DNA of 64,000 bases from a virus. Lineage: Duplodnaviria; Caudoviricetes. Where the stretch lies: positions 1-64,000 of IMG/VR virus record IMGVR_UViG_2934748790_000001; one strand, 5' to 3'. The stretch's first letter is position 1, and each line of letters starts with the position of its first letter. The notes beneath the pieces were generated by a model. That model had not been told where the DNA came from, ran no database searches, and worked only from the letters and a program-made list of their open reading frames with translations. This document shows, in pieces, positions 1-9,357 of this stretch. The position numbers and the translations under genes were made by a program.

Positions 1-303
1 TCAGCCGCCGAGCGGGATCCCGTTGGCGGTGAGGCCCTTGGTGGGCAGTCCGCCGAGCAGGCCGGTGACCGGGGCGGCCGCGTCGGTGGCGTCGCCGCCG
101 AGGACCTTGCCGACGGTCTCCTGGACCGGCGCGTTCTGCGCCGACTTGGCGACGGTGTCGAGCGCCATCGTCGAGACGGGAAGCGCCCCGGCCGCGGCGT
201 CCAGCGGCAGCGCGGGGGCGGCGGAGGCGCTGCCGGCGGCGGCAGCGGCGAAAGCGGCGCCGAGAGCGGCGACACCGAGAGTCTTGGCAGCAGACTTCTT
301 CAT
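1..303 (-). CDS. Host small secreted Ala-rich protein
   Basis: MKKSAAKTLGVAALGAAFAAAAAGSASA signal peptide; very high GC3; ATG at 303 (ORF-track 726 start is an over-extension). Confidence 0.85.
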   Translation of the reverse strand: MKKSAAKTLGVAALGAAFAAAAAGSASAAPALPLDAAAGALPVSTMALDTVAKSAQNAPVQETVGKVLGGDATDAAAPVTGLLGGLPTKGLTANGIPLGG

Positions 304-389
304 GGAGAATTCATCCTTGGGGAAGGGGATGTGAGCGGCTCTGCAAGCTAGCCATCCCACTGCCCCTATCGCAAACATCCCGACACGCG

Positions 390-423
390 GAAAAGGGCCG
401 GGATTTCGCTTCCCGGCCCTTTC
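390..423 (-). terminator. Host add terminator hairpin
   Basis: AAAAGGGCCGGGA-TTTCGCT-TCCCGGCCCTTTT inverted repeat just after the add stop. Confidence 0.75.
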
Positions 424-437
424 ACCCGTCGAGGACC

Positions 438-587
438 TCAGCCCGCGGAGGCCGCGGAACCGCTGGTCACAGCGGTCTGGCGGAAGAGCCACTCGGACTT
501 CAGCTCCGCATAGCCGGGCTTGACGACGTCGTTGATCATGGCGAGACGTTCGTCGAAAGGAATGAAAGCTGATTTCATCGCATTGAC
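438..587 (-). pseudogene. add: Orphaned 3' end of host adenosine deaminase (prophage junction)
   Basis: Reads [49 protein letters not shown], matching the C-terminus of the ADA at 28063-29181; similarity stops abruptly at about 588. Confidence 0.9.
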
Positions 588-892
588 GAACCGTACCAGA
601 ACGCATTGGTTGTAGGATCATCATCCTGACCTGCGGGTTCTTCGCAGCGGCGCTGGTCAGGAAGCACCCGAAGGTGGGGCTTCCCGCGCTCCAGAAGCGC
701 CCGGAGGCCCTCAGCGACCTCGTCATCCCGCCCCAGCAGCAGATCCCGGAGGTAGTCCTGCTGTCGCGGCGAGAGCCGCGCGTCGAGGCACTCCCCGTCC
801 GTCTGAGCCAGCGCCAGGTTCGCCTCTTCGACGATCCGGTGCAGAGACTCCGTCAGGTGGTCCTGCGACGTCTGCTGCTGCTTCTTCCTCAT
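575..892 (-). CDS. Hypothetical protein whose stop codon lies in the host add fragment
   Basis: ATG with GAGGGGG RBS; ORF spans the junction. Confidence 0.5.
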   Translation of the reverse strand: MRKKQQQTSQDHLTESLHRIVEEANLALAQTDGECLDARLSPRQQDYLRDLLLGRDDEVAEGLRALLERGKPHLRVLPDQRRCEEPAGQDDDPTTNAFWYGSSMR

Positions 893-1060
893 GCCCCGCC
901 CCCCTCGCGTGCTGTTCCAACAGCTCGCGATCATACCGTCGGACAGGTCACCGAGAAGGCCGAAGTCGTCGTTAGGGCCATGAACCCCACATTGATAGCC
1001 CGTCACTCGTATGGGTGGTGCGGGCCGCCTAGCGTCGGACGCGCACCTAGCCTGCTAGGC

Positions 1061-1642
1061 ATGAGAATTGACGATGCGGTAGCCACGGTCACGGCCCTGG
1101 CCGGCGGGCCCGTGCGAGAACCAAATCCGAAAAAGCTCGACGCGCTATACCGCTCCCTCCCCCGCATGAAATGTGTCGGGGAATGCGCGTCAGCGTGCGG
1201 CCCCGTCCGGCTGAGCCCTCTGGAGCGCCGCCGCATTGAGGCCAGGGGCCACCAGTGGGTCGACGGGCGTGCAATTCCGTTGGGGGACGGCGAGGCAGCA
1301 GGGATTGCTTGTTCGGCGTTGGACCTCTCACGCCTGGTGTGCCGGGTGTACGAGGACCGGCCGATGGTCTGTCGTATCTGGGGGCTGATGGAGGCCCTGG
1401 CGTGCCCGTGGGGGTGCCGTCCGGAGGGTGGCTTCCTCGACGATATTGAAGGGCTGCGGCTGCTGAATTCTGCCCTGTGGTACGGCGGTGCGGCCGTGGC
1501 CATCGAGCCGAAACTGTATGCGATGCTCACCGCTGACCCGGAGCGTCGTGCGGTGCTCCTCGAATTTCTGGAGCGGAGCCGGCCTGTGCAAAAGGAGACT
1601 GTCATCCTCCAGGCGACCATTAAGCGGCGGCCGGGTCTGTGA
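1061..1642 (+). CDS. YkgJ-family cysteine-cluster protein
   Basis: CxxxCxxxC ... C-x8-CxVYEDRPxxCR motif; TAGCCT -10 box 7 nt before ATG. Confidence 0.8.
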   Translation: MRIDDAVATVTALAGGPVREPNPKKLDALYRSLPRMKCVGECASACGPVRLSPLERRRIEARGHQWVDGRAIPLGDGEAAGIACSALDLSRLVCRVYEDRPMVCRIWGLMEALACPWGCRPEGGFLDDIEGLRLLNSALWYGGAAVAIEPKLYAMLTADPERRAVLLEFLERSRPVQKETVILQATIKRRPGL

Positions 1643-1643
1643 G

Positions 1644-1704
1644 ATCGAGAATCAGCAGGGCCCCCGTCTTGACACCGAAGACGGGGGCCCTGCTGGTTCT
1701 CGAT
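1644..1704. terminator. Bidirectional terminator
   Basis: 27-bp near-perfect inverted repeat between convergent genes. Confidence 0.85.
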
Positions 1705-1705
1705 G

Positions 1706-2428
1706 CTACGCGGCTGCGCTCTGCGGTGTTTCTGCTGCGTCCACGTTCGGTTCCCACGCCTTGGCTTTGATGATGTGGCAGCGAAGGCCAGCCTCATCCT
1801 TGAAGCCGAAGCCGCCGGCTTCGGCGCACACCTTGTGTTCGAAGCACTTCACGGGAAGGTCGAGCTGCTTCCCCTTCGTCGGGGCAGGAGGAAATTCGTA
1901 CGCGATTTGAGGACCGAGCAACCCGTGACTGCTCTTTGCGTGGCTGCCCCTGTCGCGGACCTTGACCCAGTACGTCGCCGGGCTGCCGGCACGGTGTGGG
2001 AGGGGGCAGCGGACCTGGTCCTCATTTGCGAGCCAGCGCCCGTTCTTGCTTGCACGTGCAGGGGCGGATGCAGACGATCGTGCATCATTCTTTCCCTTCG
2101 AGGATTTTCCACCCGGCACCGACGGCACCGGCTCCGCTTGCGTGGCGTTCCCGTGAAGGGCGAGCTGCACGGGGACACGAGGATCGGCGTCTTTGGTACT
2201 CCGGGCGGAGCGCACCAGCATTTCGATGACCTCGGGCTTGAGCATCTGGTCGATCTCGTCCAGTCTCGGGAAGACGAAGTCCCAGATCAGCGCACAGAAA
2301 CCACAGAGGTCGATTTCCTTGTCGAGAGCGGGCGTGCGTTGGGTGGTCGCCTCGACTTGCTGTGGTTCAGGGAGCGCCGCGTGCCAGTCGCAGGAGGTGG
2401 CTGCTGTCTGGATGAGTCGGCGGGCCAT
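1706..2428 (-). CDS. Zn-binding protein with Lsr2-like N-terminus and C-terminal Zn-finger-like motif
   Basis: MARRLIQ..CDWH..ALDKEIDLCGFC resembles the Lsr2 dimerisation motif; C-terminal CxxxxxC..F..GLxCH. Confidence 0.55.
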   Translation of the reverse strand: MARRLIQTAATSCDWHAALPEPQQVEATTQRTPALDKEIDLCGFCALIWDFVFPRLDEIDQMLKPEVIEMLVRSARSTKDADPRVPVQLALHGNATQAEPVPSVPGGKSSKGKNDARSSASAPARASKNGRWLANEDQVRCPLPHRAGSPATYWVKVRDRGSHAKSSHGLLGPQIAYEFPPAPTKGKQLDLPVKCFEHKVCAEAGGFGFKDEAGLRCHIIKAKAWEPNVDAAETPQSAAA

Positions 2429-2895
2429 TACGCGGCCTTCCTGCTGAGCGCCTTCTTGGTGGCGCCGGCGGGGGCGAGGTGGACGCGACCGGCTCCGATG
2501 ATGCGGCGGTACATGTTGTCGTTGCTGACCTCACGGCGGACGCTGATGCCCGTGGTGGAAATGCCGTAGGGGCTGGTGAGGTTTTCGTTGCGCTCGCTGT
2601 AGGTGAACTGGGTGCGGTTGTAGACGCGTTCGCCTGCAACGCTGAAGGAGTGGTGCCTTTTAAGGCCGCAGCCCCCGCCACCGCCGCAGACTTCGGTGAC
2701 ATCGAAGCTGGCGGCCTTCCTGGGGTCTTCGTTCGCCTTCAGCGGGGTGCCGCTGGCCTTGTAGCCCGTCCAGTCGTGGGGCTGCCAGTTGTGCTGGGCT
2801 GCGGCGCACCTGCGGAGCCGTGGGGGGATGGAGTCAATGTGCGCGTACACGTCGTCTTCGGAGGGGGGATCGAAGTCGGTAAGCTCTACTGCCAC
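2428..2895 (-). CDS. Phage hypothetical protein (Cys/His motifs)
   Basis: RBS, coupled to next gene, high GC3. Confidence 0.7.
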   Translation of the reverse strand: MAVELTDFDPPSEDDVYAHIDSIPPRLRRCAAAQHNWQPHDWTGYKASGTPLKANEDPRKAASFDVTEVCGGGGGCGLKRHHSFSVAGERVYNRTQFTYSERNENLTSPYGISTTGISVRREVSNDNMYRRIIGAGRVHLAPAGATKKALSRKAA

Positions 2896-2986
2896 AGTTA
2901 CTCCCTGTGCTGATCGAGTCACGATGGACTAAAGCTAGCGGGAAAGTCGGTGTGGCTGGAACGCGCTGGGACGAATTGTTTCACCG

Positions 2987-3002
2987 ACACTCGAATGGGT
3001 GA
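2987..3002. promoter_or_regulatory. Copy of recurrent TCACCC(A/G)TTCGAGTGA element
   Basis: Related copies at 5914, 8017, 31014, 32293, 33904. Confidence 0.55.
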
Positions 3003-3071
3003 ATCGGTGTCTGGGGCCTTGCGGAACCCGGCACGTGGGGTCAGCGCCGGGTTCCTCGCTTTTGCCCCACG

Positions 3072-4046
3072 CTATTCGCCCAGGCTGTGGACGCTGTGGG
3101 CGTAGCGGCCGAACTCGGTGATCTTCCAGCCGTGCGGGGAGGTGGGGTCCTCGACGATGACCTCCAGGTTTTCCATTCGCTGGATTGATCCGGCGAGGTA
3201 GCTGATCTTGCCGCCCTTGTCGAGGTCGAGGATGCCGGCCAGCTTGCCCAGGAGGGTGATGTTCCGTGGCGTGAGGATGTTGATGCGCTCGGCGAGGGTC
3301 ATGTTCTCGACCCGGTCGGTGCGCTCAAGGCCGCCTGCGGTCCGTCGTTCCCAGTACCCGTCGGCCGAGGCGCGGGCGCTGAGCACTCCGTCCTGCTTGA
3401 GGTTGCGGTAGTGCGTGCGGGCCTCGGCCTCTTTCGGGTCTTCGAAGGTGCTGTCGGTTTCGGCGGGCTGCTGTTCGTTGTCCTGCTGCGGTGCGGTGCT
3501 TTCGGGGGCCGGCTCCGTGGGGTTCTGCTCGTCGGCGTTGTCGGCAGGGGCCGGGAGGTCGAGGTTCAGGAGCATGCCTTCCGTTGCCTCGGTCCGCGTG
3601 TCGGGGACAGGTGTGACGGCGCCGGTGGGCTGCGTGCCGAGGAGGGCGTCGAGCCGGGTGCGGTCGCCGAATTTGGTGTGTGTGTTGTACGCGTCCTTGA
3701 TGTCCTTGGGCACGCGGCCTCGCTTGGGGACGGGGACGTTGTGCTCGCGTGCCCATGCGCGCACCTTGGCTGGGTCGGTGCCGCCCTGGTGTCGGCTGCT
3801 CGTTGCACCACCGCCTGCGGGGGTCTGCATGGGCGCGGTGCTGGGCTTGGTGTTGCTGTTGTGTCCTGTTCGGATGATGCGGCCGGCCTGGATGAAGGGT
3901 GCGAGGGCGGAGCGCAGGGTGTCGGCGTTGGCGGAGGTGAGGTCGATCTCGTACTGGGTGCCGTCGAGGGCGAAGCGGATGGTCTCGTCGGCGAGGGTGC
4001 CGTCGTTGGCGAGGTCGTCGATGGTCGTAACGATGGTGCGCTGCAT
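3072..4046 (-). CDS. lsr2: Lsr2-family nucleoid-associated protein with C-terminal extension
   Basis: IDDL..TIRFALDGTQYEIDL dimerisation motif and VRAWARE..VPKRGRVP AT-hook domain. Confidence 0.9.
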   Translation of the reverse strand: MQRTIVTTIDDLANDGTLADETIRFALDGTQYEIDLTSANADTLRSALAPFIQAGRIIRTGHNSNTKPSTAPMQTPAGGGATSSRHQGGTDPAKVRAWAREHNVPVPKRGRVPKDIKDAYNTHTKFGDRTRLDALLGTQPTGAVTPVPDTRTEATEGMLLNLDLPAPADNADEQNPTEPAPESTAPQQDNEQQPAETDSTFEDPKEAEARTHYRNLKQDGVLSARASADGYWERRTAGGLERTDRVENMTLAERINILTPRNITLLGKLAGILDLDKGGKISYLAGSIQRMENLEVIVEDPTSPHGWKITEFGRYAHSVHSLGE

Positions 4047-4167
4047 GGCTCTCTCCTTGGGTGTGCATGCAAAAGGCCCCGTGGTACGGGGCCTTGGAGG
4101 TACGGCGAAGCCCGTCAGTCGTCGGCAGGCTGACGGGCTTCTTCGGATGTGAAGTTGTGGTTCGAGG

Positions 4168-4869
4168 CTAGGCGGCCGGGCTGATGTTGTGGACTTCGAA
4201 CCAGAGGCGGCCCGACAGGGTGATCTCGTAGACGTTCTCTTCGATCTCCTTCATGAGCCCTCGGTTGGCCAGAGCTTCGTAAGTCGTGGCGTTGCTGCGG
4301 CCGTCGGAGATTCCTAGGCCCTTGTCGTCTGCATATGCCTCACGGAGCCTGTTCAGTTGGGCTTTGCTGAGCTTGCCTGCCTGGCGCGCTGTGATGCGGG
4401 CACGGTCTTCCGGGGTGATTGCCGTGGGAGCGTCTGGCTCGGTGGAGATTGTCTCTGGGGCGGGCTCAGTGTTCGGGTCGAGATTGTTTACAGCGAGCAA
4501 CTCTTTGAGAGGCTCAGTGTCGTTGCGCTGGCAGGCTTCGTAGGCTTCGCGGACCTTGCCGGCCACACGGCCTCGCTCGTTGACCGGGAGGCCGTACCGC
4601 TTGGCCCAGTTGCGGATCTGAGCGCTGTCGTCAGGCTGGGTCGGTAGGTGGGTGGCGCGGGAAACGTGCAGGCCCCTGGCTCGCAGGTTGGTTGTCCCGG
4701 CGCGTCGTCCTGCACGGCGGAAAGGCTCGATCGTCTCCCGCAGTTTCTGCGCGTTGAGTTGGTTGAGGTCGATCTCGTAGACACGACCGTCCAGAGCGAA
4801 CGTGACTGTCTCGGCGGCTTCACCACCGTCGAGATCGTCGATGAGCAATACCTGGACTTTTTGCGCCAT
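4168..4869 (-). CDS. lsr2: Lsr2-family nucleoid-associated protein with C-terminal extension
   Basis: MAQKVQVLLIDDLDGGEAAETVTFALDGRVYEIDL; IRNWAK..VNERGRV. Confidence 0.92.
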   Translation of the reverse strand: MAQKVQVLLIDDLDGGEAAETVTFALDGRVYEIDLNQLNAQKLRETIEPFRRAGRRAGTTNLRARGLHVSRATHLPTQPDDSAQIRNWAKRYGLPVNERGRVAGKVREAYEACQRNDTEPLKELLAVNNLDPNTEPAPETISTEPDAPTAITPEDRARITARQAGKLSKAQLNRLREAYADDKGLGISDGRSNATTYEALANRGLMKEIEENVYEITLSGRLWFEVHNISPAA

Positions 4870-5172
4870 GGCTGTTCCTCCATGCGGTGCGGTAAGGGTA
4901 GGGCCGCACTCTAGCGGGGCCAAGCGTGTGAAGGCGTCAAAGCCGGGTAGGGGGAGTTGGTTTGATTGCGAAAGCTTGACTGGTTGGCGTCTTGCGATCG
5001 AACCTTTTCGTTACTAGATGGGGGCGCATACGCCGGGCGCATAAGCGCACGCTCGGCGTCATCTAGGCCCGCACAAAGCCCAGTTGAGCCTGGCGTGCGC
5101 CCCGCGTCTGTCTGCGTTTGTCTGCTTGAGAGCGGTCTGAGGTCTAGACCGTTCGGCTGACGAGAGCCGGTA

Positions 5173-5490
5173 CTACGAATTCCCCCCGATGAATAGGGCT
5201 CGGCCGCCGATGGTGAGCGCTTCGTGGAATGTCAGCTCGATTGGCGCGTCGGTACTCACTCGGTCGGGGTACAGGGCTGGGTCGAGGCTTGGCTTACTGA
5301 AGTCGTCGGCTGCGTCCTCAGCCTCGGGGAGGCTCGTGAAGAGAAGTCCTCCTGCATCGATGGCTTCGCCGAGTTGCTGGTGCGTGGTGAGGCCGGCGGG
5401 TTCGACTGCGTCCTTGAAGCGGGGGTCTCCCTTGGCCGCGTACGCGGAGTGCTGCACCAGGGTCCAGCACTGGTTTCGCAGCTTGCTCAT
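5173..5490 (-). CDS. Phage hypothetical protein
   Basis: ATG overlaps upstream stop; RBS. Confidence 0.7.
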   Translation of the reverse strand: MSKLRNQCWTLVQHSAYAAKGDPRFKDAVEPAGLTTHQQLGEAIDAGGLLFTSLPEAEDAADDFSKPSLDPALYPDRVSTDAPIELTFHEALTIGGRALFIGGNS

Positions 5491-5831
5491 CAGGTGGCCT
5501 CTCCGGGACGGTTCTTCCTGGCGGGTCCTCGATCGGCACCGACGCTCACACGGCGGTTCCAGTCGTCGAGCACCTTGTGGCCCTTGTCGGTGAGCCCGGT
5601 GATGACCCAGCCGCCAACCCGCTCCTTGTCGCCCGGCTCTACCCACGTCACCTTCCAGAGGCCGCTGTCCTGGAAGTCCCGCACGTTCGTGACCCGCCAG
5701 GGCTCGGGGGTTTGCAGACGTCCAACGGGGGCGTTCTCGGCGACGTATGCGAGCTTCTCCGCACCGCTCTCCCAGAGCTTCTGGGCCTTGCCGTCCTCGT
5801 CCTTGTAGTTCATACCGACACGGGCACTCAA
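5490..5831 (-). CDS. Phage hypothetical protein
   Basis: ORF track, operon context. Confidence 0.7.
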   Translation of the reverse strand: MSARVGMNYKDEDGKAQKLWESGAEKLAYVAENAPVGRLQTPEPWRVTNVRDFQDSGLWKVTWVEPGDKERVGGWVITGLTDKGHKVLDDWNRRVSVGADRGPARKNRPGEAT

Positions 5832-6108
5832 TCCGCGCTCCCATTCTCTTTCTGCCGATGATCAGGTCGCCCGGCGGGCGGGGGTACTTTCGGCTGGCGA
5901 GCACTGCACCCCACCACCCGTTCGAGTGATGGGGTGCCGAAGCCGTCAGCAGGTTGCTCCGGGGTTGCTGCTGCGCCCTTGCCCGCGACGCTACTGCGTG
6001 CCGGATACGTGGGGAACATCGTCTGCGTCAGGTCGAGGGATAGCAAAGGCCCGGCCCCGCTCGGCGCGTAGGAGGCGCGAAGAAGGGCCGGGCCGGTCCC
6101 GTTGCTGT

Positions 6109-6732
6109 TCAGGTGCCGAGCGGCATCCTACGCTCGGGTGCCGGCGGGGCCTTTTGCTCGGGGTCGTCGGTGGCGACCAGGTCGACGGCGTTTCGATCCA
6201 GCAGGAGCCGCATCGTGCCGCCGAAGGCGGGGACCACCTGCTTGACCTCGTGATGCAGGTGTCCGTCCACCGGGGCCAGGGCGACGGCGGCGGCCTGGAG
6301 TGAAACTGCCCGCACGGTGACGGTCACCTTGGCGGGGAGGGTCAGCGTGTAGGAGTGGAGCGGCGGGAGGTTTTTCTGCGTCTGGTGCCACTCGGCCAGG
6401 CGCTTCTCGTGGTCGACCATGGCCTGGGTGTACACCTCGACGCGTGCCCGGTTCTCCTGGGAGGCGATGTCGTCGACGACCACCCACGTGCCTTCGATGC
6501 CCTTGTCCCGTTCGTGGGGAGCGACGGAGGTCTTGTAGATCGCGTTGACCGGGGCCTCTTCCGCTGCCGCCCGTTCGCACTCGCCGATGACGTACTCACG
6601 CGAGGTGGCGCCCAGGGAGATGCACCAGGCGACGATGCTGTGGTACCCCCTGTGATCCTTGGGGTTGATCACCACGCATTCAGCCCCGCCAAAGGGGGGC
6701 CGGAATCTGGGTGCTTCGTTGGATGCGGCCAT
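6109..6732 (-). CDS. Phage hypothetical protein
   Basis: GGAG RBS, high GC3. Confidence 0.75.
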   Translation of the reverse strand: MAASNEAPRFRPPFGGAECVVINPKDHRGYHSIVAWCISLGATSREYVIGECERAAAEEAPVNAIYKTSVAPHERDKGIEGTWVVVDDIASQENRARVEVYTQAMVDHEKRLAEWHQTQKNLPPLHSYTLTLPAKVTVTVRAVSLQAAAVALAPVDGHLHHEVKQVVPAFGGTMRLLLDRNAVDLVATDDPEQKAPPAPERRMPLGT

Positions 6733-6735
6733 GGC

Positions 6736-7194
6736 CTACTGCTCCTTCACAGGGTCGGTGTGGCGGCTGAACGCGGCGTCGATCGCCTCGGAGAGCAGGC
6801 CGCCGAATACGTCGGGCAGGCCCGCTTCGTACTCGGCCTCCGCGTTGTCGTAGTCGGACTGGTGGACATCGTCGAGGAGTTCGCCGTTCTCGTCGGTCAG
6901 GGAGGTGTTGCGCTGGCGCCAGGACTCCTCGTAGCGCAGCGCGGAGGCGAGGGCCGGCCTGATCGGTGTGCCGGGGACGCGCTCGTAGCGGCTGCCGCCG
7001 GTGGGGTACTGGACGGGGTCGACCTCACTGGGGAGGTAGAGGTAGGCGACACCGTCCCGCACGGCCGTGAGGAGGCCGGTGGTGGCCCTCATGTTGCAGA
7101 AGACGGTGAGGCTGGCGCCGATCAGGTCGGTCTGCTGCTCCTCGGTCAGGTCGATGAACCATCCGCTGGTCGGTGCGGGGGCGGGGGTGCTCAT
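6736..7194 (-). CDS. Phage hypothetical acidic protein
   Basis: ATGA overlap with 7191-7520. Confidence 0.75.
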   Translation of the reverse strand: MSTPAPAPTSGWFIDLTEEQQTDLIGASLTVFCNMRATTGLLTAVRDGVAYLYLPSEVDPVQYPTGGSRYERVPGTPIRPALASALRYEESWRQRNTSLTDENGELLDDVHQSDYDNAEAEYEAGLPDVFGGLLSEAIDAAFSRHTDPVKEQ

Positions 7195-7520
7195 GCGGAG
7201 ATGTCCTCCGGGTTGATGGTGGTGCCGTCCTCGAAGGTGTAGGTCGAGAACAGCAGCTTCGCGCCGAGTTGCTTGTGGAGCTTGATCACCAGTCGGGTGA
7301 TCGTCTTGTCCGTCTCCACGGTGTTCTCGACCTGAGCGCTGCACGACTTGCAGGTGAGGGAGAACGCGGTGTCGTCCTGGAAGCCGTCCACCTCGATCCG
7401 GTGGGCTTCGGGTTCGCCGGAGAGGTCGAGGCTGAGCATGGCGGGCAGGGTGAGGTCGAAGCTCTCGTGGCCGCACTCGATCAGGCTGTCGCCGTCCCAA
7501 GCGGTGGAAATGCACTTCAT
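7191..7520 (-). CDS. Phage hypothetical protein (CxxC)
   Basis: AAGGAG RBS. Confidence 0.75.
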   Translation of the reverse strand: MKCISTAWDGDSLIECGHESFDLTLPAMLSLDLSGEPEAHRIEVDGFQDDTAFSLTCKSCSAQVENTVETDKTITRLVIKLHKQLGAKLLFSTYTFEDGTTINPEDISA

Positions 7521-7588
7521 GTGGGTCTCCTTCTGTTGCGGTGCCGGATGTTTCGGCTGTGTCCGGGCTGATCCCGGACGAGTCGGGG

Positions 7589-7942
7589 TTAGGCCAGGTA
7601 GTTGGCGTAGTCCCTGGTGTCGTCGTCGAGGATCGGGCTGCCGATGAATACGGCGCAGACCCGCAGCAGCGGGTCGGTGTCGCCCAGGCCGAACCAGTCG
7701 GCGCGGGTCAGGGTGTCCCGGTGCAGGGCCGCGACGTGGGGGCCGTAGCGGGCCTGGAGCATGTCGGATGCGGCCTCGATCGCCTCGTCGCTGCTGTGGG
7801 CGTGGACGGTGATGACGACCGGGAGCATGTCCGGGGAGATAGTGGAGCCCTGGTCGTCGGAGACGGTCTCCCAGTCGGCGACGACGGTGCGGATGGGCAG
7901 CGGGGCCGGGGCGGGTGGCGCCTCGGGTGCGGTCACGGTCAC
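7589..7942 (-). CDS. Phage hypothetical protein
   Basis: GAGGA RBS, GTG start. Confidence 0.7.
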   Translation of the reverse strand: MTVTAPEAPPAPAPLPIRTVVADWETVSDDQGSTISPDMLPVVITVHAHSSDEAIEAASDMLQARYGPHVAALHRDTLTRADWFGLGDTDPLLRVCAVFIGSPILDDDTRDYANYLA

Positions 7943-8041
7943 GGCTGGTTCCTCTCGGGTATTGGTCGGCAACGTTGACGTTTATGGCTCAACGAGCGCC
8001 GACGTAATTGGTCCGGTCACCCATTCGAGTGATGGGAATTG

Positions 8042-8527
8042 TTATTCCGGTGGGTTCTGGAGGTGCTGGGGGCGGAGGGAGTGCCGGGCTGCGTCGTCCG
8101 CACTGATGCGCACCCGCCAGCCGCCTGCCTGGTAGGAGCTGTCGCGGACCCACAGGTAGACGTGGTCGGCGGTCACCTGGTCGACCGTGCCGGTGCAGCT
8201 CACCGGCAGGATCAGGGGGTTGCCGTCGCGGTCGTGGTACCACTCGAATCGGCGAACCGCCCCTACCGCCATTCCGGTGAACGGTGATTCGACGTAGGTG
8301 CTGTAGCGGAAATGCGTGGTGAACCACGGCAGCTCGGTGATGGCACCGGTGGCGTAGTTGCGCAGCGACGTCGTCTCGGCTTCAGGTTTGAGCGCGACGA
8401 GCTGGCCCCCGACCTTGTCCTCCTCTCGTCCGAAGGGGTAGGCGACCAGGTGTTTTCCGATGTAGTCGAAAAACACGTCTGCGGACGCGGCGTTCTTGAT
8501 CCAGACATCGGTCCGAATTTCACGCAC
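8042..8527 (-). CDS. Phage hypothetical protein
   Basis: AGGAGG RBS. Confidence 0.75.
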   Translation of the reverse strand: MREIRTDVWIKNAASADVFFDYIGKHLVAYPFGREEDKVGGQLVALKPEAETTSLRNYATGAITELPWFTTHFRYSTYVESPFTGMAVGAVRRFEWYHDRDGNPLILPVSCTGTVDQVTADHVYLWVRDSSYQAGGWRVRISADDAARHSLRPQHLQNPPE

Positions 8528-8651
8528 GTAAAACCTCCTCGTTGTGTGGGCTCACCGAAGACCAGACCGCCTGGAATTCCAGCGGGCTGGTCATCAGTGA
8601 ATCTGCACGACGCGGAATGCGATGCCGGCCATTCGAGGGCCGGCCGGCGGG

Positions 8652-9275
8652 CTACCGGATGGTGACGGGCATCTGCCAGATCAGCGGGCCCTCGGTGAAG
8701 GCGATCTGGACCGGCTTTCCGGGGCCGAAGAACTTGAGCTGCGCGGGGCCGGCGCCTGCGGGGAGCTTCAACTTGCCGAGGTGTCCGAGGAACACCGGGG
8801 AGAGCGCGACGCCGCCGATGTCGCGCGCCATGTCCTCCGAGGGCATGATCCCCCGCCACGCGGGGAACGCCGCCTGCTCGAAGGCCATGGTGATCTCGAT
8901 ACCTCCGGCCTGGACCTTCAGCCGGGTGTCCTCCACGGTGAGCGACACCTGGCCGAACCTGCCCGCGTCCTTGAGGACGCTCGCGAGTCGCTTCGCGTCG
9001 TCGTAGGTGATCAGGAAGGTGAGCTGCCCCTTCCAGCCCTCCATGGTGTTCTCGACGGTCTCGGTGAACAGCCGCTTGCGGTCGCTGGCCACAACCGTCA
9101 GGGTGCCGTCCAGGTCGCGCTCGAAGCGGACCGCTCGCAGCGCAGGCACGTACTCCTTGGCGCCGACGGTGAACAGCAGCGCGTTCGACACAGCCCGGTA
9201 CAGGCTCTCGGGCTCGGGGAGGGTGATGACGGGGGTCGACGTCTCGACGGTGGGCTCAACGGTGGTGGCGGTCAT
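8652..9275 (-). CDS. Truncated DNA polymerase III beta-clamp-like protein
   Basis: PALRAVRFE..LTVVASDRKRL..FPAWRGIMP..ALSPVFL parallels DnaN middle and C-terminal domain motifs. Confidence 0.65.
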   Translation of the reverse strand: MTATTVEPTVETSTPVITLPEPESLYRAVSNALLFTVGAKEYVPALRAVRFERDLDGTLTVVASDRKRLFTETVENTMEGWKGQLTFLITYDDAKRLASVLKDAGRFGQVSLTVEDTRLKVQAGGIEITMAFEQAAFPAWRGIMPSEDMARDIGGVALSPVFLGHLGKLKLPAGAGPAQLKFFGPGKPVQIAFTEGPLIWQMPVTIR

Positions 9276-9295
9276 GGCTGACTCCGGTTCTCTGA

Positions 9296-9335
9296 TTTCG
9301 GGCATGAAAAAAGCGGCTGCCGAATGGCGAGCCGC
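9296..9335 (-). terminator. Hairpin + TTTTTCATGCCCGAAA element
   Basis: Same tail at 21150-21206, variant at 4062-4095. Confidence 0.6.
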
Positions 9336-9357
9336 GACAGGTTGCTGCTGTGTCCGT

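Noticed and set aside
304-726. N-terminal extension of ORF 1..726
   Set aside because: Crosses the terminator and add fragment; the signal peptide starts at 303.
8545-8608. Hammerhead ribozyme (CTGATGA on the - strand)
   Set aside because: No GAAA after stem II; it folds as one long hairpin.
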